DNA of 64,000 nt from Marsupella aquatica (taxonomy: Eukaryota; Plantae; Marchantiophyta), in the NCBI GenBank assembly GCA_973895155.1, contig OZ316899.1, positions 13,023,934 to 13,087,933 of the forward strand. Reading direction: 5' to 3'. Under the pieces are notes generated by a model. The model ran no database searches and was not told where the DNA came from. It saw only the letters and a list, made by a program, of their open reading frames with translations. Positions 39,077-50,052 of the stretch are shown piece after piece. How positions within the stretch are numbered: position 1 is the first letter of the stretch; each line of letters starts with the position of its first letter. The position numbers and the translations under genes are program-made.

Positions 39077-42000
39077 ATGTCCAAAACTGTCAGCATGTCT
39101 TCATTGGGATTGAAGGTTGTGATCGAGAGAAAGACTACGGGTGATGTTGTTGTTCTGGATGTTCCGAAGAATACTATTATCTCTGTCAAGGAGTCTTTTC
39201 TCTCGTCGAGGTTTGGGCTTTTGAAAGATGATTTCATCTGGAAGTTGTTCGCCCTTTACTCTCGGAATGGATCCAGAAGTCACGAGGTGTCGGATAATGG
39301 TTCAGGAATATTGCCAGAGAGAGCTTGGGACCTGAAGTGTGGTTCAGCTATGGAGCTAGTCTCATGTAAGGATGACATTGCACATATCAATGTTTCCGAT
39401 CCAGAATCCCCGACTCGCCCGTCACCGACAGTACCAGATATTATCGACATCTCCCTTGAGAGTGTGGGTCGGGATCTCTCTTCTGTGTCGACAAAGTCTT
39501 CTGAGAAAGCCATTTTTGAAGCAGTGAGTCAATACAAGTTTCAATCTCAGCCAGTTCTTTATCGAGTTAGTGCATATGATGCCTTCCTCAATATTACTGG
39601 GTCAAGCGAGTTGGCAAATTTCCGCAGGGGAAACAATTGGAAGGAGATTCAAGTGCAGACTTTGCCCACTTCATACAACGGAAACTGCGTTTTTGAGCTT
39701 CCTCCGGTTGAAGGTCAATTTCGTCAAGGATATGGTCTTCAGGACATGGATAGGGATAATGACGGCTACCCATGGACAAGACTTCTCACAACTTCAGCTA
39801 ATCTCAAACCTCGCAATCACTGGTCTGTGTCAAAAGTCAGATGTGCCGGTGTACTTGAATGTCAAAATCTGGTCTGTAGAAAGTTGAAGCACACCGGTTC
39901 AAAAAATGACTCTTCCTTCCGAGGAAAGGGACAATTTACTGAGCCGTTTCATCTTGGTGAGCTTGTGGAGGAAGGAGGGTTGGTGTGCGGATTTTGTGAG
40001 GAGAGGCCTCTCTGCATCCGTGAATGTCCGGCTAAACTTTTGTACGTCTATCCTAAGCCATCTCTTGAGTCAAATGTTGCAAAACATATGTCTCGATTGG
40101 CTATTCACATGGGTTTCCATGACCACGTTGTTTGGAAAGGGAAATCTCGATTGGCAAAAAAGCAGGCGGAGGTGATAGTTTCTGGTGTTCATAAAGCAAA
40201 TCCCGTGTGTACGCCAGGGCGTGTTCTTAACAAGTCTATAGGAAACCTGGTTTCTCTTTTGCATCCAGAGTCTTCTTCAGAACTATCAAAAGAAGAAGAG
40301 AGAGAGATATGGGAATCGATGAAGGTTGTGTCCACTGTTGAGAAATTCCAGGCCATATTCCGGAGCGTGAAAATGGATAACCCAACAAAAGGTGAGTTGG
40401 ATTCTCTTTGTGAGATGCAAGCACGGAACAATTTTCCTTACGTTCAGAGGTACCTTTTCCCTGGCCAGGGGAGCAAGACCGATAGGGCTCATGTCTTCAA
40501 AATGAGTACAAATGGCCCAGGTTCTGGTGTCGATATTCTCAGGCAGATGAAGAGTGGAGGTGAGCTGGAAGGAGCATGGGTCAGTTCTGATGTAATGCGG
40601 AGAATAAGCACTGGGTGGCTGACTTTCAGCGCCCATGTGTACAACCATAATTACAGGTCCCTTTGTACCATCTTCACTTGTGAGCTCCGTGCGGAGGACT
40701 CCTTATCTCTTGAAACCGCATGGAGATATATGATTGAAGTTGCCTCTGATCATGACGTGCATGACCCACTCATTGGAGGATTTATTGCCGATAATGCCGA
40801 GGCTGGATGGATCGCCATTCAGAATGTTTTTTTTTGAGGTGTCCGTCACCCACAGAAGGAGCACAGTGACGCCTTTCACTTTGCTCAATCTCTTCGTCGT
40901 CACACATTGGAGGGTATTCGGGAAGATCACCATCGAGAGCACTATAAACTGTGGGAAAGGCTGAGAATAGCACCAACATATGTTCAGGCCTACCGTGTTG
41001 CTGACGAAATCCATCGTTGGTGGAAGGAAGGAAACTGCTATGCTGGGAAATTGAAATCTCTCCAAGGATGGTTATCTTGGTGGGTCGTGAGGTGGAGGCA
41101 GTGGGGGAACTTCATCCGCGTTGTAAGTGTCCAATTTCATTTCTATTTGACGTCATTGTTTTTGCTAGCGACCTCGCTAGCATATCAGGTCTGACTGTGG
41201 ACTACTTTTTTGCAGACACAAACCGCAATGGAGTCAGCCTTGATGCCAAATTGTACTGGAGCGGAATCAGTCCATGCATCCATGAGATCCTGCCAAATGA
41301 AGAAATTAGTGGGATTGATTGAAGCATGTGAGGTGGACCAGAATCGTGCTGCGGGGCAAATTGTTGCTTTTACTGCCTACAGTGAAGGTGTTCACAGAGG
41401 CCAGGGGCCGACCATTTTTGAATTAGCATATAGGAACGCCGATGCTATGGGATCCATGGATGCTTACGAAAAGGCAGCAAATCTTTTGCTTGAGTCTTCA
41501 GCTAAGTATGAATTCTATAAAACAGTTCCATTACATGGTGATCTCCGAACAACATCCACAAAGAGGAAAGGGAAAGCTTCAGCTGTAATCCATGAGAATG
41601 ACTCCCACAGACATGACAAGGTGTCACGCACAACAGCTTCTCCTTCAGGACTAAAAAGGCGTAATCTCTATCCTGAATTTTGCTTCGTCAATGTTTCAGA
41701 GAATTTTGCGGACCCAGAAATAGCAAATAATACAACTTCGGCAACCCCTGTCGGAGGTTGTTCTGCTGGAGTTATCCATATTTCAGATGATGATGGTGAT
41801 GATGCAAGTCGTAATGTCAATGATACCGAGAAGATGGGGACTCAACCTTCGTGTGATGTCGAAGATGACCATCGGGATGCCCCCCAAAGGATCCCTTCCA
41901 TCCGAGAGGTTGATGTTCCTTATGGGACCTGGCATCTCAGGCGGAGCGGTAGAGGTGCTGGACCTGTTTGCAACGGGTCGGTTGACCGAAGCATTTTTGG

Positions 42001-42792
42001 AAGAGATGAATGTAGAAATCTCATCAAGGAGACTGGATGTAAGTCCGCGCAAGGGGGAATTGTTGGAGTCGCCATTCACGGGTTGCGATTATCGTCTCCA
42101 CATCGCCAATTGTTGTACTTCTGTCCTAACAATAAGTGTCACAAGAGCCGAGGACGCAGAACTCTAGCTCAACTACCCCCCCCCCACCCAAGTCGCTCAA
42201 GGTTCAGCGTGGGACTTGCCTCTCCCATCCCGAGATAGAGTTTCTGCTGGGATTAGGATTCCAGATCAGTGGACTCTCCTATGTGGATGCAAATCAAGTT
42301 GGAGAGTTCCCGTCCCCCAATCGGGTCAACCTACAAATTGATGTTAACTCATTCCCCGAACGAATCGATCTAACTAATGTGGACCGTCGGTTGGAAACCC
42401 GAAATGGTAAGGGTGCACGATAGCGTTTCAACAATACTCCAGAGTTGCTCAAGCGCATCGTTTCTGCTACACAAGAATACATGAGAGTTGTCGGAAATGA
42501 GAAGGTAACTACCGGAAATGGATGGGGTTGGAGATACTTGATCACCACTCACGAGACTGATTCACAAGTTTCGCACACATATTGGGTGCAAATCTGTTGT
42601 TTCCCTTCGTGTTCTTGTGAAGACTTTTATAAGAGGCATACACGAGGGAAACCATACATGTCTTGTAAACATCTTCTGTGGGTGTATTTAAACAAGTTTT
42701 CACTCATCCTGGAGAAGGACAACCTTGTAAAACAGCCAATTTTGACTGTTGGGGAAGTGAGGAGTTTAATTCCGTTACAGATAGGGGACTAG
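39077..42792 (+). CDS. Mutator/MULE-type DDE transposase with N-terminal Cys/His (GCM/WRKY-like) domain and C-terminal SWIM finger; near intact
   Basis: WVSSDV (D1), FIADNAEAGWIAI (D2), DAFH, GAESVH (E), CSCEDF...CKH (SWIM); intron 41123-41215; shifts at T9 (40827) and C10 (42176), stop at 42421. Confidence 0.82.
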
Positions 42793-43453
42793 TCGTTTAT
42801 TGGTGATGCTAATTATAGGGTGGTGGGATGGATTACTCGATTTTGTGGTTTCACAAATATCAATATGTTTTCACCGAGTGAATCATAATGTTAGCGAGGT
42901 TCATAATGGTAACGTTTATGGTGTTTGAGTTTGTTTTTTATGGCTAGCGATCTCTCTAGTCTTAGGAAGTCTGATACATCCAGACAGAAACATCCGACTT
43001 CCAGCCGTGTTAACCTATCGACAAGTATGTATAGAGTTCAAGGTTTGATCATTAAAATGACGTCAGTTTTTTGCTAGCGAGATCGCTAGTCTGATCAACG
43101 GAATTTAGGATGCAATAAAGTTTACTGTAGAGTGACAGGATGTATTCTTGGGAGGGAAGTGTTCCCTGAAGTTGTTGTGGTAATACTCTGTTGAATTGAT
43201 TATCTAAGATGAACACATCGAAGATTGATCTGAAATGTAGAGGCAGTTCTATACTAGCGATATCGCTAGTCTGGGAAGGGTCCAACTGTGACTTCAAATA
43301 AACGTACTATGTACAAAATGACATTCCAGAGCAACGCATAGAAAGGACAAGAACACCCAAACTTTACTTCTCATACATATTGAAAGTACATGAGGACATG
43401 TCATTCGCTTGTAACTACGAAACATTTAGTAAACCCACAACCTGACTCTCCCC

Positions 43454-43882
43454 TCAGGGGCTGGCCGCCTTCCATGCATCGGAGTCAGTGTCTGACTCAG
43501 AATCGTAATCCGAAGAGGCGAGGCGTTCCTCGGTCCAGTAGTCATAGATCTCCCTCTCAATCCAATACTGCTCCTCTTCTGCGAGCCTCTTCCTCTTCGA
43601 TACAACCTCGCGCTGTGTGGTATCCACCTTTGGCTTCGGTGGAGACTTCGCTACTTGGATTAACTTTGGAGGAGTCGGTGTTCTCCTCAATGATGATGAC
43701 GATCCAACAGATTGACCAAGTGCAGTTGGGACACTGCTGTCTGCGGAGACCTTCACAGTCTCTGCATCGGGTTTCTGCTTCGGAGGAGAGTCATCTTCTA
43801 GCGGGCCATCCGTCGCCGGGTTGTAACAACGGATCTCAAGTTGCCATTTCCCCTGAGGAGGATTGCTTGGAACCCCTGCCAT
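43454..43882 (-). CDS. Small hypothetical protein (basic KRKR motif, acidic tail), convergent with the transposase
   Basis: ATG at 43882, open for 142 codons; lies between palindrome copies. Confidence 0.4.
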   Translation of the reverse strand: MAGVPSNPPQGKWQLEIRCYNPATDGPLEDDSPPKQKPDAETVKVSADSSVPTALGQSVGSSSSLRRTPTPPKLIQVAKSPPKPKVDTTQREVVSKRKRLAEEEQYWIEREIYDYWTEERLASSDYDSESDTDSDAWKAASP

Positions 43883-44529
43883 TTCTCTGCACTTACGAAA
43901 CCCAAACAATGATTTAGAAGAACGGCATTCAACAAATGGAAACACTATTCACGATGAAATACGATGAATGTCATATCCTGTCGAAGAGTGATTCACTGAA
44001 AACATCTCAGAACCATAGACCCGCGCTAACCTGATCTGGATCTCGACTACTTGGAACATTGATAGCAGTTCCAAATGAAAGAGCTCGAGTCGGACGCGGT
44101 GGAAGTGATCGGAAGAATGATTCAAAAGACTGGTGGTTTTTGGGTGAGCGGCTTTGTTTAAGTGGACGGATTCGCCTCTGGTTTGAACGGTAAGTGTCCA
44201 GTTCACTTGCAAGTGACTTAATTAGTGTCCAAACGGCCTTAATCCTCCTTTCCTTGACAGTAATGAGACGTTGATTCTTTTCATGCGGGAATTGCGCAGT
44301 ACTTTTTCATTATTACTCTTCCTCGGGTGGGAATTTTCACATGTGGAAGCCTGTACGTGGAGACTGTACCTCGTTTGAGTGGCTCAATGTGTTGGCGTCA
44401 TTAGACTAGCAATTTCGCTGGCCTGAAGAAAGGGTTCGTTGGCCTGAAGAAATGTCATTTTGATTGGTCGGAAATGGATCTAGTGTGTTCACGGGACTAG
44501 AATCGTCCATGGGTAACCGTCAATATTTA

Positions 44530-47100
44530 TTGATCGAATAGGGTCTCCATGCTAGCAAGGAATATTCCAGACCTTTTTTGGGCCCCAACACAAGGTGAAA
44601 TCTTGCCTGTGCGAGCAAAAATTCTACTGTTTGCTCGCACGTTACAATTACCCTTTCTGCGTCGGACAATCGGGATGCGTAGTATTCGCATCTGCCATGA
44701 GGGCCACATAATGGGGGTGGCCAGCGTGCTCCCGCTCTAGTTCGGACAACAATATTTGTGTGACTCTGCTGTTGGCCCTTCCTCCCAATCTAAAATATAA
44801 GTCCGTGGGTTGGGTGAACCCAATGGCTCCCGACCATTCAAAGAATGAAAGCATAAATCTGATCCAGACCGGGATGTCGTACCAAATTCGGTCATAGTTG
44901 TCCAGACGAATGGCCCTCTTGTTAATCCTTGTTGCGGCCAAAATAACACGGAGGGTTTCCAACCCCATAGCTTCATCAACTTCAATAGCATTTCAAGATG
45001 CTATCTTCTGCCCCGTGAATAGTTTCCACAAGTTTACGCTCACCTTCTTGAGCTGTTCCAGCCTCCTCTTGTGCACCAAATCTGCCAGTGCATCCTTTAA
45101 TAACTTAGTTGCCATGGCAGCCTCATGCGCAGGCTCTGCACTTCTAGGTCCTAGGCCTTGTAAGTGTCCGTCGGAATCCGGACCACCTTACTGCATTGCT
45201 GGACAAGCTCCTTACTTGCTACTTCCTGTAGCTATCTCTTCCTCTCCTTTTCTCTTCTTTCTCCTTCTTCCAACGCAGCAACGTATGCTTGCTTCCCCTC
45301 TAATTGTCCTTGTAGATCCTGATTGACTCTCCTTACTTCTTCCAGCTTCTCTTCACACTCCAAAGCCCCTAGTCTGGCTGACGCCTCTTTCTCTATGAGC
45401 TCTTCCGTTCTTTTCCCGTGTGCCGTCAGCTGGTTGGAAAGCCGGAGTGCCAATTGTTCTCCTCCCCCTACTCTCTACTCCTTTGCAGCTCATTGGATTT
45501 ATGCTAGGACACAGAACCGCACTTTGCATGCTGGGTGGTTACCTCCTTTAACTCCTCTTTGGCGGTCGACAAGAGGTGACTCCATTCCCCCTCCTTGTCA
45601 GCCAGCAGCTCCTGTAGCTTCTTTCTCTCCTTTTGGGCCTTTCCTAACTCAACCTTTAGGTCCTGTGACCCAACCTTCTCCATCCGGACTGCCTCCCGGG
45701 CCTGCTGCAGGGCTGTGGTTGCTTCCTCATTTTTCTCCCTCACTTTGTCTAGCAATCCCTCTGAGTCCTCCAGCTATTTCAATGCGAGCTTGTTAGATTT
45801 GGACTTCTTATGTACCTTTACGAGGAGTTGCTCAACCTTCTCTTTTGCTACCCTCAGCCTCTCCATGTCCCAAATCTTGCCCTCAGATTCCCAGACTGCT
45901 ATCCTTGCCATTGCCTTGCTCTCCTTCAAATCCCTCAACCAGTAACGTAGATCCCTGGTGTTGGGGATTGGCTTCCCTATGAACGCCAGACATTGGGCGG
46001 GAGTCCTCAACTCTGTTAGATTGGTGGTTCTGGAAGTTTGGACAACGTGGGTTGTTGGAAGGTGGCATTCCTCCCTTCTTCTTGTTCTTCTTCTTCATTT
46101 TCCTCCAGGAGGGTTATTGCCCTCCGTTTCCTCTTGAGGCTCTTGCGACATTGCTCGGCCTGCTCACTCAAGTTTTGTAAGGCTTCTGCTCCTCCCTCAC
46201 TCTCTACATCCGAGTTTTGAGGTGCTTTGCCCTCCTCTTCCTCCTTGTTAGTCTCAAAATCCTCTTCATTGTATTCCGGTGGATCCACATTAATATTAGC
46301 TGTGGATCCCAACTCCGCCCTTACTAGTACTATCTCTTGGGCTTCTTCTTGATCTTCTGACTCCAACTCTCCTAAGTCCAAATTTTCCGGCGGAGCTCTA
46401 CTGACTGTCTCCAGGATCTCAAAAACATTGTGTACTACAACTTCTAGTTGATATGCTAATAGTGACGGGAACTTCGGACAGCCCTTTGCGTTGATCACAG
46501 CGGATACACTTGCCTTCCATAGTTGAAGCGGATGGAGGGATCCCACAAATAGGGCCCTTGCAATGGTAATTCTTGGTAGTGTGGCATGATGGTACCCGCT
46601 CTTAACCATCACCCACTTGGTGCAAAACTCCATGAAGTTGCGATACTCCTTTTGTTGGATGGCGCCATACTATATATTTCCCCGACTTATCCGGACCTCC
46701 GCCTGTTGCAAGAAGCTTGCTACGCCTGCTTCCTTGAGGGAGTCTACTTGGTACGTGAGAGGCAGCCCTCCTACCCTGGGAAGATCAAACATTGCGCACA
46801 GCTTTTGGTTGGAGAAAGTATAAGTCTTTCCCCGGTACGTAATAAACATCCCCTTGGGTGACACTATTACCTTAGTGATTTGTGAACAGATTTCTCTTGC
46901 TTGAGATGTTGATAGATAGCAGTCCATTTGGACCAAGCCATAAATCCTAGCTTTGTCAAGTACCGGTCAACTCTCCTCGATATGTTGGACATCCGTAATG
47001 GAGTTGCGGATCTTCTCTTTGGCCGACAGGGCTCCCTTCTTGTTCTTGGTCGGGGGAAGCTCTGCTCTCCGTGCTCCTGCCGCTTCCATTTTTGCTTGAT
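44530..47100 (-). pseudogene. Degenerate retrotransposon accessory-type ORF (acidic region, long coiled coil)
   Basis: TYRGKTYTFSNQKLCAMFDLP resembles LRGRNMSLTEEWLRMIFGLP of the LTR ORF; followed by E-rich and heptad-rich pieces. Confidence 0.55.
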
Positions 47101-49059
47101 GTAAGTGAGGAGTGAGTGGATGGTGCTGGTGATCGCCAAGTGCTCTCGTAAGGAGGGGGGTGGTTTGTCGAGTGTTCTAATGTGTTGTGAGATAAGAACT
47201 AGCCCGCCTTCCTGCCTTAGGCTCAAATGTGGAGCCTCCTTTGGTTCGCGGATGTCCGGAATGGTGAGTGGTGGACCTTGCCACCCAACGCCCTCACCAA
47301 TCCCAGCACTCATGCCTAAGTGCCCCTAGTGCCCGAACGCCTCCATGGAATACCTCGAACAAGCACCCTAGTGCCCCTTGCACCACCCGACGGCCCCTCC
47401 CATATGAAGCCGCACTCGCTCTCCTATACGACCGCTACTCAATAGTCTTCACTGTCTGCACAAGCAACCAAGCGCCCCGGTAAGTAACCCTTCAGGATCT
47501 AAAACTCGCCTAGTCTAGCATCCTAACTCAAGCTCAACAGACGTTGGTAAATAGGTCAGCCATAGGTCCTCCCGATGCCATAAGCCAGAACCAGAACCCA
47601 CGCCCACTGTTTGTCCAGAACAGCTCCTTCCATGGGCGCGGCCCGGGTTCCCCCTCGTACCTATCTGTTAAACACTAATTCTTCCCTACGATTAACTCAA
47701 CATAACCCTTCTCTATTCATTCGCTTTTGTATTAACCGATTAATCGTCCAACAATAGGGTAATCTAGTAAATCGTTTTCATACTCTGAACCTGTAATTTC
47801 CGCTGAATGTTCTTCAATGTCTACTTCTTCCACTTCTTGAGTACAATCGACTCAGTTAATACTAATCCTTCCCTGTATACAATTTCTATAAATCCACACC
47901 ACTCACGATAAGTGAAAATACAAATTGGAATACTCTCTTCCCTTAACCGATGAGTAATTAGGTGCAAACCAATCAAACAGATCCACAATTCAATTGGCCT
48001 GAGCCTAATCAGTGAGGAATTCTTCCTATCCTCGTTGTTAGTATTCGTGCTTCTAGTGATTGTGATCTGATTAGATCCAATCGTCTCATTGATGCTCCCA
48101 CCAGGAGTTCAATCAATTACTTATGCTACAAAGTAGATCAAGAAAGGCTATTTGTAAGTAGAATGTCAATTCAACAATTACTTTGTTATGCTGAAGGTGT
48201 ATGACAATCTAATTGTCATTCTCAAAACACACACACTTCAGCCAGACTCCACTACTTATGAGTTGTCTGTTGGTTTGATTCCGCAAGGTGTTACTCCTCA
48301 ACGTGTTCACTCTGAGTGAATTAATCCTCATTCATTCTTGCGGTCGGAATATGACCGTCTTAACATACTTCTGTCTAATCCTTGGTTTATAACTTCAACA
48401 GATTTAACTTTCTTTATAATTCAGATTGTCTTACTCAATCTTCTCTTTAATTTTCCCTCTCCTCAATTTCTGAATCCATTCACTCTCAGTTCTTACTCTT
48501 GCAGTCAATCACCATCTCTTCCTGTAGACTCTCTCAACAATGTGCTCATCCAAGAACAATTCATCAGGTTGTGCCGTAATGATTTCTTTACTTCTCAACA
48601 TCAAAATTCTACTCATATCTGAGTAGGGAACACTTAAACAGATCTATTGATCATCTTAAGGAAAGTCTGGCTTCCCCTTTCAATCAGATTACCTATTGCA
48701 AAAGTGACACCTTGTACTACGCTCTTGCCTGCCTTAAATACTATCTTCCGACAAAATTATCGGTTTCCAACTGCCTGACTAGCAAAATGGTTATCTAACT
48801 TACTAATCGAACACAACTGCATAGCAGTTAATAAACTGTTGTTTTGTGGTTACTAAACCGCAATCCGTAGTTCCTGATTGGTATACTCTGTTTAACTGAG
48901 ACTACTGCATCGAACATCTCTGTAAGCGATTGGTGGTTGAAGCCGTGGTTTCTAAACTGCCAATGGTTAAGTTTCTCAATTCTGATGTCACATGATAGAC
49001 ATTCAATGGATCTTCTAGTTCACTAAAGTTCCAAAAAATGATTACTCGTTCAGCGGCGA

Positions 49060-49272
49060 TTAGCCTCTAGCAGTGACGTTGTCGTTGATTGAGTTCTCGT
49101 CCCAATAGTAGGTTCCACTTTGATGACATGATTCCCCTGCAAAATCTTCAATAGCTTCTTGAGTAGTCAACTGTCGTTGGAAAGTTTCACCATTCATGCC
49201 GAAAAGTTGTTGGCCCGCTTCATTCCATACTTGACAGTCTCCCTCCCTAAGGCGGATCATAAATTGGAACAT
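49060..49272 (-). pseudogene. Possible RPA1 C-terminal OB-fold-like fragment
   Basis: FMIRLREG..QVWNEAGQQLFGMNGETF resembles the F.E.AE.I.G.SA.EL segment of RPA70-C; short and weak. Confidence 0.25.
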
Positions 49273-50052
49273 GGGCTTCCCCTCTCCTATGAGCTTGCAA
49301 ATATGAGTGCATCGATCCCTATTGAAAAGTCAATCTATTCATTAAAAGTGAATTATTATTCAATTTATGAACATTTGGGTAACAAAAAGTGTACATTTGG
49401 CTTTCAAAAAGTGTACAATTGGACCAGAAATAAAGATGCTTGCCATCAAATGTACCACCATGTTCATCCTTTGTAAATGAACTAGGATGAGACTCCTTCT
49501 GGTAAAGATCATTTTTGCACCCTCAAGTTTACAATTGATCATTTAGGTGTAGAGTAGTATACTATATTGTACCTTTTGGGGTTAAAAAGTGTACATTTGG
49601 AGACCAAAAAGTGAACATTTAGAGGCCTAAAAGTGAACAAAATAAAATACACTTTTAATGAATAGAGTGATTTAATAAAACGTTTGATCGTTCTTCTCCC
49701 ATTTGCCTTCGTTGTCTTGCTTTCACCCCCAGAGCGCAATCCCTGTCGTCTCCTAGCTTGGTATCGCATCCTTTATAGCAAAACCCTAATCCGGTACCAC
49801 TCCATATAGCAAAAATTGCCGTGCCTTCTCATATTAGTCTCCCAACCATCTTACTAAGCTATTCCTACCTGCCACTGATCTCCTTAAATACTTGATCTAT
49901 TATCTTTCGCTTGACGTTTCTCCACTAATTCTACTTAATTATTTTCTTGGTTTACACTATCCATCACCAACTGACCGCCCTGACCTCAGGACATGCTCAT
50001 GGCCCAAAAGCGTAGCTTGTCCTAAAGCTTGTCCTAACACGCCGGGACCATA

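Larger units (their letters stand above)
34270..44425. mobile_element. Putative large MULE-like DNA transposon carrying a ParB-like/MTase-like gene; limits approximate
   Basis: Divergent gene pair; extent inferred from the spread of the GCTAGCGA palindrome; no convincing TIR or TSD found. Confidence 0.6.

Noticed and set aside
34220-44520. Terminal inverted repeats (accaatggattttct versus agaatcgtccatgggt)
   Set aside because: The match is weak and gapped, and no 8-10 bp TSD is visible
47300-49900. Helitron
   Set aside because: Only a weak RPA-like peptide; no Rep/helicase motifs or diagnostic termini were found
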